64,000 nt of DNA. It comes from a virus. Below, piece after piece: positions 1-10,058 of the stretch; the stretch's first letter is position 1, and the number at the start of each line of letters is the position of its first letter. The DNA is taken from positions 5,467 through 69,466 of IMG/VR virus record IMGVR_UViG_3300024308_000021, one strand, 5' to 3'. Below the pieces are notes generated by a model, which was not told the origin of the DNA, searched no databases, and saw nothing but the letters and a program-made list of their open reading frames with translations. A program made the position numbers and the translations under genes.

Positions 1-1
1 G

Positions 2-142
2 GTGCTCTCTCGAGGTAATCGGAGTGTGTATGTACACACTACAGTCAAAGATGCCGACGATTACTTCCAGGAGCTTCGTCCTGTAATCTTCCGTTCCATT
101 CCGGTAAAGGGATTGGAACTCACTGCGATATTTGGAGAATAA
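2..142 (+). CDS. 3' end of a hypothetical protein (partial, runs off the window)
   Basis: Frame open from 2 to TAA 140-142 (VLSRGNRSVYVH...AIFGE*); its end carries the GGAG RBS of the next gene. Confidence 0.55.
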   Translation: MLSRGNRSVYVHTTVKDADDYFQELRPVIFRSIPVKGLELTAIFGE

Positions 143-146
143 AGTC

Positions 147-764
147 ATGAACTGCTTTCGCACTGATAACGGAACACACATCTGGAAATGTGGGATCTGG
201 TTGATAGGTAGTAATGGTAAGGATATCTTGCTGTATTCTACTCTTCCGCATGATGCTATTCCGGTAGATCAAAACCACCCCGTAGGGATACGTAATGCGG
301 TGGACTATCTTCAGTCCAACTACCCCAATGGGTTTGCACACAACCTGCTTACTGAGCTTTACTACGTGAAGCTCAGGGAGTTTCTGAAAATAGCAGAACA
401 GCCTTTGCGTTACTGCTACAGTAGCTACTGGCAGACCTGGTCTAGACTGGTAGCTGAGTGCGATGGGAAGTACGTGGAGGTGAATCTGTCGCCTCTTAAC
501 GGCTGGAGTTCTAAGGCGGGACTGGATCACGTACTTGGTGTTCGGGTACGCTGTCACTGTACTCCTAAGACCCCTAAAGACATCGTGACTGACCAACTAC
601 CACCTTACCTGCTCGAAGAGATGCGCGAGCACCTGGGGGCTGAACTCACTCAGTTTATGCTCACAGCTGATTTCGTAAACCTTGTTGACTGGCAGTCTTA
701 CCGTAAAGCAAACAACGGTGGGGCTAGTTTTTACCGTATTGCAAAAGGAGTTCCTTGTGTCTAA
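147..764 (+). CDS. hypothetical protein, accessory (~205 aa)
   Basis: ORF-track 132..764; ATG 147 has GGAG 9 nt upstream; overlaps the next gene. Confidence 0.75.
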   Translation: MNCFRTDNGTHIWKCGIWLIGSNGKDILLYSTLPHDAIPVDQNHPVGIRNAVDYLQSNYPNGFAHNLLTELYYVKLREFLKIAEQPLRYCYSSYWQTWSRLVAECDGKYVEVNLSPLNGWSSKAGLDHVLGVRVRCHCTPKTPKDIVTDQLPPYLLEEMREHLGAELTQFMLTADFVNLVDWQSYRKANNGGASFYRIAKGVPCV

Positions 765-1098
765 TACAAACACTATCGACTTTACAAGCATAAAGTCTTA
801 TATTCGTTACAACGTTATAGATTCCATGGTAGTCACCTACTGTTGTCCCATTCGACTCCGAGAGTATCCTCAGTTACTGATGATGGCCCGCAAGTTGGGT
901 GTGGTCGTTACCTCACACAGACCAGAAGGTAAAATGTTCACCGCTCTGTGTAAGTTAAAACTATCTGGAGAGGTGTTGGTTTGTTATCCCCGTAAACCCC
1001 TGAATCTGTATCAATTCAAACAGAACGTCCGGATGCTGTTTAATCTCATGCAATCACTTCGCCCCGATATTGGGGCGTTGTCCGACATGGAGTTGTGA
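757..1098 (+). CDS. small hypothetical protein, RKLG paralog 1
   Basis: GTG 757 after AAGGAG; contains ARKLGVVVT...YPRKPL. Confidence 0.7.
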   Translation: MSNTNTIDFTSIKSYIRYNVIDSMVVTYCCPIRLREYPQLLMMARKLGVVVTSHRPEGKMFTALCKLKLSGEVLVCYPRKPLNLYQFKQNVRMLFNLMQSLRPDIGALSDMEL

Positions 1099-1406
1099 TG
1101 AAATTACCTTTGAATAAAATTCGTAAGTTGGGACTGCGTGTAACCACTCAAACCCCAACGACTGGAGAGATGATAACTCTTGCATTGGATAGTGATAAAA
1201 ATTCATTCTACCTTATCGCTAACCGTGCTCTGAGCATCGACAGTTTCAGTAAACGGGTAAGTGTAGTTCTAGGATTGGTTGGTGGTATGATCGACCCGTT
1301 GTGGTTTGGTTACACTCCTTACCATCCGGAGTTAATCCTGAGACGTCAAAGATTCATGAAGGGAGGGTTGGGAATTGAACAATCGTGTAAATCTGTATCT
1401 GGTTGA
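1095..1406 (+). CDS. small hypothetical protein, RKLG paralog 2
   Basis: GGAG upstream, coupled to the previous stop; contains IRKLGLRVT. Confidence 0.7.
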   Translation: MMKLPLNKIRKLGLRVTTQTPTTGEMITLALDSDKNSFYLIANRALSIDSFSKRVSVVLGLVGGMIDPLWFGYTPYHPELILRRQRFMKGGLGIEQSCKSVSG

Positions 1407-1638
1407 GGATATTCAGGCTATACAGCTGGCTATGTACTACCGAGCTGCTCGTAAACTGGGTTTGGTAGTTAGTACTGTCGACACTCTACCAGGTCGTAGT
1501 TTGGTGCATCGCACTCCTACAGGGGTGGAAGTAAACGTCTATGCTAAACGACCGATGTGTTACCGACGGTATCTGCGACGGTTTAATAAGCTGGTTGCTC
1601 TATTTCCCAATCCAGTAGATCTGTCGAAAATGTTCTAA
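1375..1638 (+). CDS. small hypothetical protein, RKLG paralog 3
   Basis: TTG start after GGGAGG-rich sequence; contains ARKLGLVVS...YAKRPM; ends at a terminator. Confidence 0.65.
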   Translation: MNNRVNLYLVEDIQAIQLAMYYRAARKLGLVVSTVDTLPGRSLVHRTPTGVEVNVYAKRPMCYRRYLRRFNKLVALFPNPVDLSKMF

Positions 1639-1641
1639 GGA

Positions 1642-1690
1642 CATAAAAGGAGGAGGGCGCGAGCCCTCCTCCTCTGTTCTTTTTTTTTTT
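1642..1690. terminator. bidirectional intrinsic terminator
   Basis: GGAGGAGGGC-gcga-GCCCTCCTCC with a long T run on + and TTTTATG on -; lies between convergent genes. Confidence 0.85.
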
Positions 1691-1693
1691 GGA

Positions 1694-2557
1694 TTACTGA
1701 CGGATGAACACCTGAGCAGCTTCTTCCATTTGACCCATGTATCCGTTGTTGTGGCGAGCCACTTCCGGATCGATCTCTTGGATAAAGCTCGGAGCCATGT
1801 TCGGGTTGACACCGGTCCGTACCATCTGATCCAGCAGTTTCTGGCAGTACAGACGTACGCCGTAACCATACTGAGTCAGAGCAGTAAACGGAATGCTCAG
1901 CTCGTTGAGCTCACCACCAGCAGTCAGGTCGCGAGAACCTTCGATAGCACCGGTAGTGGTCGGACGCATGTTGGTGCAGACCCAACCTTCGATTACACGA
2001 GTACCTGACGGGTCAGTCTCGATGAAGGCACAGCTTGCGCCAGTGTACTCCGGCAGCAAGTCGATGTTCCGAGCCAGACCACGAGATACAACCATCGGGG
2101 TCTTGGTGCTGGGGTCGCCTACCAGATACAGGATCCAACCTTCCAGCAGATGCTTGAAGGGTTTCCCGTATTTCTCAGGCCAGGTAAAGGTCGGCTCAGA
2201 ACGCTCACGAGTAACGTTCGAGGGATCTTGTTGCATTTCACCGGCACCGCCGACTGCAACTTCCTGGTGCTCTACAGTCAGCGTAGCACGCAGACCTTCG
2301 ATGCGAGTGGCGTGACGCTCGAACATCGCCTTCAGTGCAGAGATCCAAGCGTCCGGATCCGGAAGATCCAGGAAACCGCGAGGAGCCTGCAACATGATGC
2401 AGATGAGATTACGGCGGACGTAGTTAGCGTCCGCGTTGTGTACGGTCAGGTCGGGCATGAAGCCTTGTTGGCCAGACTCGATGATGTTAACCATCGGAGA
2501 AGTAGCCTGGGAGGCAAACCCGCGCTGAGCCGCTAGGATGGACTCTTTAGTACTCAT
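1694..2557 (-). CDS. tail tube protein (phiKZ gp30-like)
   Basis: 287 aa directly downstream of the sheath; beta-rich, WPEKYG motif; matches recalled phiKZ gp29-gp30 synteny. Confidence 0.8.
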   Translation of the reverse strand: MSTKESILAAQRGFASQATSPMVNIIESGQQGFMPDLTVHNADANYVRRNLICIMLQAPRGFLDLPDPDAWISALKAMFERHATRIEGLRATLTVEHQEVAVGGAGEMQQDPSNVTRERSEPTFTWPEKYGKPFKHLLEGWILYLVGDPSTKTPMVVSRGLARNIDLLPEYTGASCAFIETDPSGTRVIEGWVCTNMRPTTTGAIEGSRDLTAGGELNELSIPFTALTQYGYGVRLYCQKLLDQMVRTGVNPNMAPSFIQEIDPEVARHNNGYMGQMEEAAQVFIRQ

Positions 2558-4632
2558 TGATCAAGCTCCGATCTGCGGTGGGCCACAACAGTGAACGAGG
2601 TCACTGTCTTCATGTTGTTACCGTACACGTGGATCTTACAGGTTTCGCTGTAACCACGTTGTTCGTCGTACTTGGTTTCGTAGGTATCGGGAACGATCAC
2701 TACACGCTCGTCGAAACGATCTTTAACCAGTTCACGAACACGACGGTTGATCCGGTCAGCGCGCTGAGCCGGGGTCAGATCAGAACGACCGGTGAAGTCA
2801 CGCCACACACGGAAGTTGACCTTCTGAACTTCCACGCAGATGATCATGTTGATCAGAGCATTCAGGATACTGGTATCGTCACGATACACAGTCTGCATGC
2901 CAGCGTAGAAATCAGAACGAGTGTCGTAGGACTGAGCCCAGATCATCCCGTTATCCCAGTCTTTGATACGGTTCGGATCAGACTTCCAAGTGGTCTGGAG
3001 ACCCTTGAGCAGTTTGACTTTGTTGTTCGGAGTAATGTCAGCAGCAAAGCGGCCTTTCATCACACCGTCACCGGAACCACAGTACTGAGACAGAGCGTAC
3101 GCGATTTCGAAGGTGCCCGGAACCAGCTTCTTCCAAGCGGAGTTGATCAGGTAACCCGACTGACCTACGATAGCAGCACGTACCACGGAAGTACCGTAGA
3201 GTTCAGCTTCAGGGAACTGCTCTGCGGCAGTGCGCAGCGCGATCGCCATACTGGACTCGGTAGCCTGGTCGTTCTGCTTGAGCGACACGTCCTGAGTGGA
3301 CAGACAGACCCAAACGTCTTTACGAGCGCCGAGTACTTTGAGCATCGACTTCTTGGTATCGATGTTAAAGCCGGTATCGACGTAGACAGACTGCGGGAAC
3401 CGCGCGATGTCCAGGTACTGGTTGGCCAGACCGCCGAAGTTATCGAACTGCTCTTTAACAGAGACGTTGAACGCTTCGTCAGACATTTCGCCATCAGCAC
3501 CGCCTTGCAGATACTGCACGGAGGTCTCGCTGAACACCACACCGCCGTCCAGGGTACCCTGTACTACCAGTGAGTGGAGTGGGTTGTTGTAAACATCCCG
3601 ACCAGTCAGTACGTTAACCAGGTACTTGGATTCCGGAACATCCGGCCAGGTAGGTTGCAGCGCGTGCTCTTTGGAGTAGATCTTGGCCAGTACGGCGTCG
3701 ACGTTAGCCTGGTACACGTGGAACTCACGCAGAGGACCGTAGATCGGCGCGAAGCCAGAGGTCGGGTCTACTGAACGGTAGCTCGGGATCACTACGTCAT
3801 CCGCGTGGTATTCGCGGTTGGTACGATCGTCGTAGGAGTTCGGACGCAGGGTGAAGTCCACGAAAGGAGCGGAGTTCAGATCCTGAGTGATCACCGGGGT
3901 GCTGCGAGCATTCGGACGCTTGAGCATCTGGAGACGATACATAAACGCACCCAGGCGAGTCATCAGAGACTCATCGGCCGGGGAGGAACTACGCAGGGTA
4001 GGAGCCATCAGGCGCACACCTACGTTGTCGCCGTCTTTACCGAAGTGGGCGTGATCCAGATCGAAGAACGGATAGAAGGTAGACTTCTCACCAGCACTGC
4101 CGGTCAGAGTCCCTTCTTTGGTAACGCCCAGACCGATACCATCGGGGTTGTCTTCAGTACCAGGACCGATGGGTTGCACGGACCACTTGACGATCACACC
4201 GGGACGGGTTTCACCAGTATCGACCGGTTGACCGTCTTGACCCAGTTTCAGAGAACCGTCGGGATTGCGTTCGTAGATCTTGACCACAGACTCCACGACC
4301 TCAGCGCCGAAACGCAGATTCGGACGCTTAGCACCAGTCGGGATAATACGCTGATAAACAGCGGACTGACCGGACTTGAGGAGAACCTCGTTGATGAAAG
4401 CTGTGGAGTGGTTGGCGTATGGACTGCGATAGTTCAGTGCATCGTCGCCGAAGATGCGCTTAGCATCCGCCGCGTTCAAGTGCAATGCATTCTCGTCGCC
4501 ACTGGGAGCGTAAAGGAATACGTGAGGGAGGAAGATAGGGAGCTGTTCCGGCTCCGGATCTACACGTCTCCCGGAAACGTCCTGGATGCCTTCGAGGATG
4601 GCAGCCGGAGACGCGTTTGCGTAATTGGACAT
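2554..4632 (-). CDS. contractile tail sheath protein (phiKZ gp29-like, ~692 aa)
   Basis: ATG 4632 after AAGGAG; sheath-like N-terminus (LPIFLPHVFLYAPSG...RIFG) and C-terminal domain (VYRDDTSILN...KIHVYGNNMKTV). Confidence 0.88.
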   Translation of the reverse strand: MSNYANASPAAILEGIQDVSGRRVDPEPEQLPIFLPHVFLYAPSGDENALHLNAADAKRIFGDDALNYRSPYANHSTAFINEVLLKSGQSAVYQRIIPTGAKRPNLRFGAEVVESVVKIYERNPDGSLKLGQDGQPVDTGETRPGVIVKWSVQPIGPGTEDNPDGIGLGVTKEGTLTGSAGEKSTFYPFFDLDHAHFGKDGDNVGVRLMAPTLRSSSPADESLMTRLGAFMYRLQMLKRPNARSTPVITQDLNSAPFVDFTLRPNSYDDRTNREYHADDVVIPSYRSVDPTSGFAPIYGPLREFHVYQANVDAVLAKIYSKEHALQPTWPDVPESKYLVNVLTGRDVYNNPLHSLVVQGTLDGGVVFSETSVQYLQGGADGEMSDEAFNVSVKEQFDNFGGLANQYLDIARFPQSVYVDTGFNIDTKKSMLKVLGARKDVWVCLSTQDVSLKQNDQATESSMAIALRTAAEQFPEAELYGTSVVRAAIVGQSGYLINSAWKKLVPGTFEIAYALSQYCGSGDGVMKGRFAADITPNNKVKLLKGLQTTWKSDPNRIKDWDNGMIWAQSYDTRSDFYAGMQTVYRDDTSILNALINMIICVEVQKVNFRVWRDFTGRSDLTPAQRADRINRRVRELVKDRFDERVVIVPDTYETKYDEQRGYSETCKIHVYGNNMKTVTSFTVVAHRRSELDQ

Positions 4633-4709
4633 CGTTGACTCCTTGATCAAGGGTTCAGTAGTTCGTACTGAAAACACTTAAAGTGGCACGAAACCGCCTT
4701 AAGGGTATT

Positions 4710-4765
4710 TATAAGAACACATAGCACACCTTTACCAAAATGGTATGGTTGTGCGTATGTATCCG
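4710..4765. promoter_or_regulatory. divergent late-promoter region (TATG motifs)
   Basis: TATG on + (ggTATGg, cgTATGt) and on - (gcTATGtg) between divergent structural operons; TATG is the phiKZ late motif. Confidence 0.45.
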
Positions 4766-4834
4766 GGACGCACGTCATAGAGATTAACGTTTATTAATAC
4801 TACTCTCTTCATTTATTTCCCAGGAAGGTAAACC

Positions 4835-5821
4835 ATGTTGCTGAAAACACCATACGACGCACCGGTCATGAAAGCCTATGACCTCAAAAAAATCCAATCC
4901 CAAGTAGCTGAAGCCATCGTAGCTGGTGAGTATGCTAGTCGTGAAAAACTCGACGAGTCTGCTGCTATCTACAGAACTCCTAATCCGATGTGGGATTTTG
5001 AGCTGGCTAATGACGTCGTGGCTATCGTGAAAAATACTGACTGGAAAACCACAGTCGATCCTTTCCCTATTCCTTTTAAGATGCGCACTGCTGCTGGTAA
5101 AGAGCTGTACGTCCTGGATGCTCGGATGTACACAGCTCCGGCCAACCACTACCGTCAGTACGGCATTATGCACAACCCGTCTGAGATTGGTGTGTATTCC
5201 GACATTATCTCTTGGATGCGTTGCTGGGATGCCCGTGAGGGTGGTGACATTCGTCGTGTGCATGACTACGTGACTGGTACTTTCGCTAACTGGATTGCCA
5301 GTGCTGTTTCCAGGATCACTGGTGTGAACGGTGGTGAGGATTACGATATCATTCGTTTCCTGGCAGCTTACTGGTTCCAGGCTCAGTTCTCTGAAGTACC
5401 TTACGAGGTTACTGTAGAAGAGCGTCTGCGGATGCGTCGCGTAATGACCAACTGCTGGCCTCGCCCGGATTCCGTGGTAGATCTGCAAACCAAGGACTTC
5501 GGTTACATCGGAAACCTGGAAGACTTCCTGGAAGCGGTTAAGAAACAGCTTCCTAACAATCGTCGGGTACACATGCTCAACCGGGCTTACTTCACACAGC
5601 AGATCGCCAACAGCTGGCGCGGCTTCCATGCTGGTGTGATGAGCAACGTGGCTATGGAGTATCCTCCTTTCTTTATCGCCATGTACTACTACTCGCTGAC
5701 CAACGGTTGGGCTAAAGATGTTGGTTTGGGTAAAGTAGCACAGAACCTGCGCGATACTCAAAAGCGTGCAGACTTCCTGGCCTCCTATCGGAGAACTATC
5801 AATGTCTGGAAACAGCCGTAA
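4835..5821 (+). CDS. virion structural protein (phiKZ gp28-like)
   Basis: 328 aa, GGAAGG RBS, divergent from the sheath as in the phiKZ-like core block. Confidence 0.6.
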   Translation: MLLKTPYDAPVMKAYDLKKIQSQVAEAIVAGEYASREKLDESAAIYRTPNPMWDFELANDVVAIVKNTDWKTTVDPFPIPFKMRTAAGKELYVLDARMYTAPANHYRQYGIMHNPSEIGVYSDIISWMRCWDAREGGDIRRVHDYVTGTFANWIASAVSRITGVNGGEDYDIIRFLAAYWFQAQFSEVPYEVTVEERLRMRRVMTNCWPRPDSVVDLQTKDFGYIGNLEDFLEAVKKQLPNNRRVHMLNRAYFTQQIANSWRGFHAGVMSNVAMEYPPFFIAMYYYSLTNGWAKDVGLGKVAQNLRDTQKRADFLASYRRTINVWKQP

Positions 5822-8348
5822 ATTTCTATCTGATTTGGTAGCGCATGCTCGAGCGAACGTGTGGTGTACTCCACGCCAAGACGAGCAGGCTATACTCAAA
5901 CTCACTAGACTGACCCCGGATTTCGGGGTCTTACGACGGTTTGCTCTAGACTGGAATTCATTGGACCTGCCTGAGTCAGGTCCTTATTTCCATGTCTATC
6001 AAATCGGTTCTAACCTTCCTACTGATCTGGGGTTAGGTAACGTAGGACGTGAATGGAAGCGAATGGATCAGATTTGTAAAGATGAGTTGCTGTATGCTGA
6101 TCTCTACGAGTCTGACGGATACCACTTGCCTTTAACAGGTGCTTGGTTCTGTCGTACCGACAACCAGAATTTGCTGTTGGCTGTACGCATCCATCCTAAA
6201 CTTCCAGATCTAAACCAGAACTCAGTTTATCTGCGCTTGTATTCCAGTGCTTGGTTCCGAGTGGAGTCTAATCCCACTGCACCTCACGAGATCCGAGTGC
6301 GTGGTGGGGTAATGACTAGTGTTCCTGAGATTACCACCATTATCACCGAATACAACTCCCTGGTGGGTTTAGGTCGTGTGGGTGTGTTCCTGTACTGGAA
6401 CGGTGTGTGGGTTCGTAACCTAAGAGCTGCTTCGGTAGCTATCGGTGATGTACTGGAGTATGTTTACGATTCTAGTGTTTATCGTTCCGTAGGTGTGGAG
6501 CTGAAGAACCTGGATCTGTTCACCAGTATTATCGACACCACCAACAAATACCTACTGCATGTTCCGAAGTCTGAAAACAATCAGATAGCGTATCGTGACG
6601 ACGTGGAGGTGGTGGTACATCGCCTAGCTGCTGATGGAGATACTGAAGCTGGACTGTATTACCATCGTAACAATGAAAACGGCATGCGGATGGTTACTCA
6701 TAACGACTATTCGTTCCCGGTGCATCATGTTACTGCTGTAGCTAACCGACTCACCCCAGCAGCTCCTATCGACGCTGTAGGGGTGCGTGTGTACTTCCGT
6801 CACAGTGGGTACGACCGTCCGTTAGTGTTTGAATCCAACCGCATACACGAGCTCTACAAGCTCAGCGACACGCAGATCCGTCAGGCGATGACTGGGATGC
6901 ATGCTACTTTACCAGAGTGGCAAGCAGCTCATCTCGAGAACTCCTGGTACACGTATCTGATGCGTAATACCTTCGGTAACTTTACATCCGATGATGTTAT
7001 CCGTGCGTACGGGTATAACGCGATGTCTGTTCTAAGTGGGATGTCTCCCATGCCTCCTCGTAAAGACGAATCTAACTTCCCCGTTCCAGTGGGGTGTGAG
7101 GCTCGGGTTTGTGGTGTGTACGAGTATAAGGATGGGGTACTGTCTGGTGTGGTGTCTGGGTATATGGGTGTTTCCTATACTCCCAACTACACCGGGACTA
7201 ACTTGGTGGAGTATGTGCAGGCCGAACCTACTAACATAGGGATCGAACAACCAGGTACGATGTGGGTACTGGAAGATGACCTAGACTATCGCGTGTATCG
7301 CACGCCGTCTGGGTATCTGCCGGGTAAACGCAAGTGGGTGGATGTTACTGAGTTAGATGTAGTCCAAGAAGACTGGCCTGTGGTGGAGGTTAAGGATACT
7401 ACTGGTATCTACGACTACTGCTTGAAAACCGATGAGCGCTTCGTTACTTATGCTTTTGATTTCAATCCAGTGGATCGACTGTTTAAGTTCGATGTCTTCC
7501 ATTACACTGAAGATGGTGGTGTGGCTACTATGGAGATTCCTCCGGGTAGTTTGGAGCTGTGGTTGAACAACCGTCGTTGCATTCGGGATCTGGATTATCA
7601 CGTAGAGTGGCCTACTGTCGTGATTACCAACAAAGAGTTCCTGATAGAAGGCGTAAACCGTGTTCGGGTACGCGCTGTAGGGTTCTGTACTGCCGACGGG
7701 GAGTTGGAACCATTAGGCGACTTCGGTTACGTAGAGAATGGACTAGTGAGTGTTAATAACCGGTTTAACATTCGGGATGATAAATCCCAAGTCCACATAG
7801 TCTACGGTAAGGTATACGATCGAAGTGTACTGAAGTTCTCTGAAAAAGACTCTGGGGTGTATCTCGACAACGTACGAGAGGGTGCTCCTTATCTGTGCAC
7901 TAACAACTGGGTGCCGGTGCGTGGGGTAGGGGCGGAGCGCTCTGTGAAACTCTACCACGCTGCGCTGGAGCTAGATACCAGGGTCGAAGCTTATATGTCT
8001 CGATACCTACCACAGCCCTCGCGACCGAACTCTCCAGGTATCCCTGAGTTTTACCAGCTTTACAGTCCGTGGTTCAGTAAGCTGACCTGGGATCTGAAAC
8101 TGGGATTACTGCGGCCTGAAGAAGTCACGACCGACAAACAGCTCCTAGATGCCGTAAAACGCTACGAGGAGTTGCTGGGGTACGATCCCCTCAAGACTGG
8201 TGTAGACACTCACTACGTGGCAGTACACCCGCACTCATCCCACAACGTGGTAGAGGTTACTGGTGAGCAGTACGACGTACTGCGTCGAGCTAATCGCCTG
8301 GTGTTCAACAACCAGCTTCTGCTGTCTCAGTTCTATCACTTGGTTTAA
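5802..8348 (+). CDS. large virion/baseplate protein (phiKZ gp27-like, ~848 aa)
   Basis: ATG 5802 after GGAG; NVWCTPRQD N-terminus; synteny. Confidence 0.65.
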   Translation: MSGNSRKFLSDLVAHARANVWCTPRQDEQAILKLTRLTPDFGVLRRFALDWNSLDLPESGPYFHVYQIGSNLPTDLGLGNVGREWKRMDQICKDELLYADLYESDGYHLPLTGAWFCRTDNQNLLLAVRIHPKLPDLNQNSVYLRLYSSAWFRVESNPTAPHEIRVRGGVMTSVPEITTIITEYNSLVGLGRVGVFLYWNGVWVRNLRAASVAIGDVLEYVYDSSVYRSVGVELKNLDLFTSIIDTTNKYLLHVPKSENNQIAYRDDVEVVVHRLAADGDTEAGLYYHRNNENGMRMVTHNDYSFPVHHVTAVANRLTPAAPIDAVGVRVYFRHSGYDRPLVFESNRIHELYKLSDTQIRQAMTGMHATLPEWQAAHLENSWYTYLMRNTFGNFTSDDVIRAYGYNAMSVLSGMSPMPPRKDESNFPVPVGCEARVCGVYEYKDGVLSGVVSGYMGVSYTPNYTGTNLVEYVQAEPTNIGIEQPGTMWVLEDDLDYRVYRTPSGYLPGKRKWVDVTELDVVQEDWPVVEVKDTTGIYDYCLKTDERFVTYAFDFNPVDRLFKFDVFHYTEDGGVATMEIPPGSLELWLNNRRCIRDLDYHVEWPTVVITNKEFLIEGVNRVRVRAVGFCTADGELEPLGDFGYVENGLVSVNNRFNIRDDKSQVHIVYGKVYDRSVLKFSEKDSGVYLDNVREGAPYLCTNNWVPVRGVGAERSVKLYHAALELDTRVEAYMSRYLPQPSRPNSPGIPEFYQLYSPWFSKLTWDLKLGLLRPEEVTTDKQLLDAVKRYEELLGYDPLKTGVDTHYVAVHPHSSHNVVEVTGEQYDVLRRANRLVFNNQLLLSQFYHLV

Positions 8349-8358
8349 GGAATAGGAA

Positions 8359-10014
8359 ATGTCTGAAAAACAACCTGTATACAATCCCCATCGTGGATGG
8401 CGGGAATGGTTCCTTCCGGAAACCTGGACGGGACCTGGTGGTAGTGGCGTTTACGTGCCTAACGTAAATGACCGCTTGTTCTCTTACGAGAAAGGTTTTG
8501 AGCGTGTTACATGGGTTGAGGATACCTATCCTCACCGCTACACCTCAGAGCCGTGGAACCCTCCACGTAAAGCGGAGGACATTGAAGGCCTGGATCTGCT
8601 GCGTGGTAGTGGTCCTGGGTATCGTAGTGAGTCTTATCGTTTGCTGGTAGACGATTCTCAGATGCCTGCTCGGGCTGCTGTGAAGGGCAGTGCGTTTGTA
8701 AACGCACGAGACGCCTCTTACGCTAAACTGTTCCGTGGTAACGACTTCGAGAACGGTGAGGTAATCTCTAAGTTCTTCGATGACTCGATGACACTACTGG
8801 GTGAGAACATTCCGCTGGAACTGGTAGCGATGCCTGATCACCAGAACTACGGAGTGAAAACTGTCAAGCCCTTCCACATCACTCACTCGCTCACCGAACG
8901 GGAAGAAGTTACTCTGGTATTCTACGGAGCTAACAACCGTAAGTTGAGTGAAGCCAACCTGTTGGTAACTAAGACAGGTTTCGTGCGTGGTATCGAGGCT
9001 GGTCAGCGTTACATCACTGACCTGGAACTGATTACTCCGTGGCGGGACGTGAACGATCCGAACCTCTTGGTGTTCCCTGTGAATATCACGATGTCCAGTA
9101 TCAGTTTCTTCGCTAAGGCTGTCTACTCCGATGGTACTAAGTCTAAGAACCTTCCGATCGACGGAACTAAGGTGCGATTGGATGGTTTGGATTCTTATCT
9201 GCCGACCAACACTGGTGATCCGGTGAATCTGGTACTCTCGTATCAACTCGGGCCCAACGAGAACGCTTACGGGATGATTGGTATTTCCAACAACTTCCCG
9301 AAGGTGTATCGTGCTGTGACTGGTCCTGTACAAGGAGCTTACTCCGTACGTCTGTTCGGTTTCCCTTGCTGGAACCGAGACATCAGTTCTTACGAGCTGC
9401 ATTGGTTCTTGTACAACCTCGATCGAGATCAGTGGTACTCTTGCGATGACAATGTCGAGCTGGCTCAGAACTCTCCTGCTTTCGATGGTCGGAAGTTCGG
9501 TGAAATCCAGGATATGACATTCGTCGTAGACCTCAGTAAGATCGATCGTCGGTTTGCTTCGTATCGTCACGAGCAGAAGCTCAGACTGACGCTCAAACGA
9601 GCTTACGACGCCAACGAGGAGCTCTGGGAGCTGTATCAGGAAGTTGGTCAGAACCCAGGGTACGGTAAAGGACTGGCTGCGCTGTTTACTCACGTCAGTG
9701 GTGCTAACTACACCGTGCGGTTAGACAGTGGGTTTACTCTGCTGGATGACTGGTTGCAACACGTCTACTACGACGTGAAGCCTATCATCAATCCGCTGGT
9801 AGAAACCAAGCCACCTCGTCCTACTCACTTCGTACTGAACACCGGTTCTGTTACGCAGGAGTACACTCTGGAAGCATGGAACACCGAACTGGTGTCTGTG
9901 CAGGAAGTACGTCCTGGCGAGAACGTGTATCTGCACTGGATTCGTCGTGATGGTAACACTGACCTGCAATTGGGTGTGTCGGCTATCCCGGTAAACCACG
10001 CCACAACCGTTTAA
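8359..10014 (+). CDS. virion/baseplate protein (phiKZ gp26-like)
   Basis: 551 aa, AAGGA RBS, immediately upstream of the terminase. Confidence 0.65.
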   Translation: MSEKQPVYNPHRGWREWFLPETWTGPGGSGVYVPNVNDRLFSYEKGFERVTWVEDTYPHRYTSEPWNPPRKAEDIEGLDLLRGSGPGYRSESYRLLVDDSQMPARAAVKGSAFVNARDASYAKLFRGNDFENGEVISKFFDDSMTLLGENIPLELVAMPDHQNYGVKTVKPFHITHSLTEREEVTLVFYGANNRKLSEANLLVTKTGFVRGIEAGQRYITDLELITPWRDVNDPNLLVFPVNITMSSISFFAKAVYSDGTKSKNLPIDGTKVRLDGLDSYLPTNTGDPVNLVLSYQLGPNENAYGMIGISNNFPKVYRAVTGPVQGAYSVRLFGFPCWNRDISSYELHWFLYNLDRDQWYSCDDNVELAQNSPAFDGRKFGEIQDMTFVVDLSKIDRRFASYRHEQKLRLTLKRAYDANEELWELYQEVGQNPGYGKGLAALFTHVSGANYTVRLDSGFTLLDDWLQHVYYDVKPIINPLVETKPPRPTHFVLNTGSVTQEYTLEAWNTELVSVQEVRPGENVYLHWIRRDGNTDLQLGVSAIPVNHATTV

Positions 10015-10023
10015 CGTAATACG

Positions 10024-10046
10024 GAGGAGGGGGACTACCCCTCCTC
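10024..10046 (+). terminator. hairpin upstream of the terminase RBS (attenuator/terminator)
   Basis: GAGGAGGGG-gacta-CCCCTCCTC followed directly by AAGGA and the start codon. Confidence 0.55.
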
Positions 10047-10058
10047 TAAGGAACGTTT

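Noticed and set aside
2557-4638. 338-aa and 277-aa + strand ORFs antisense to the sheath
   Set aside because: Same codon-bias shadow effect; the products are not protein-like.
4784-9693. 373-aa and 299-aa minus-strand ORFs in the virion genes
   Set aside because: They lie wholly antisense to well-supported genes and have no initiation signals.
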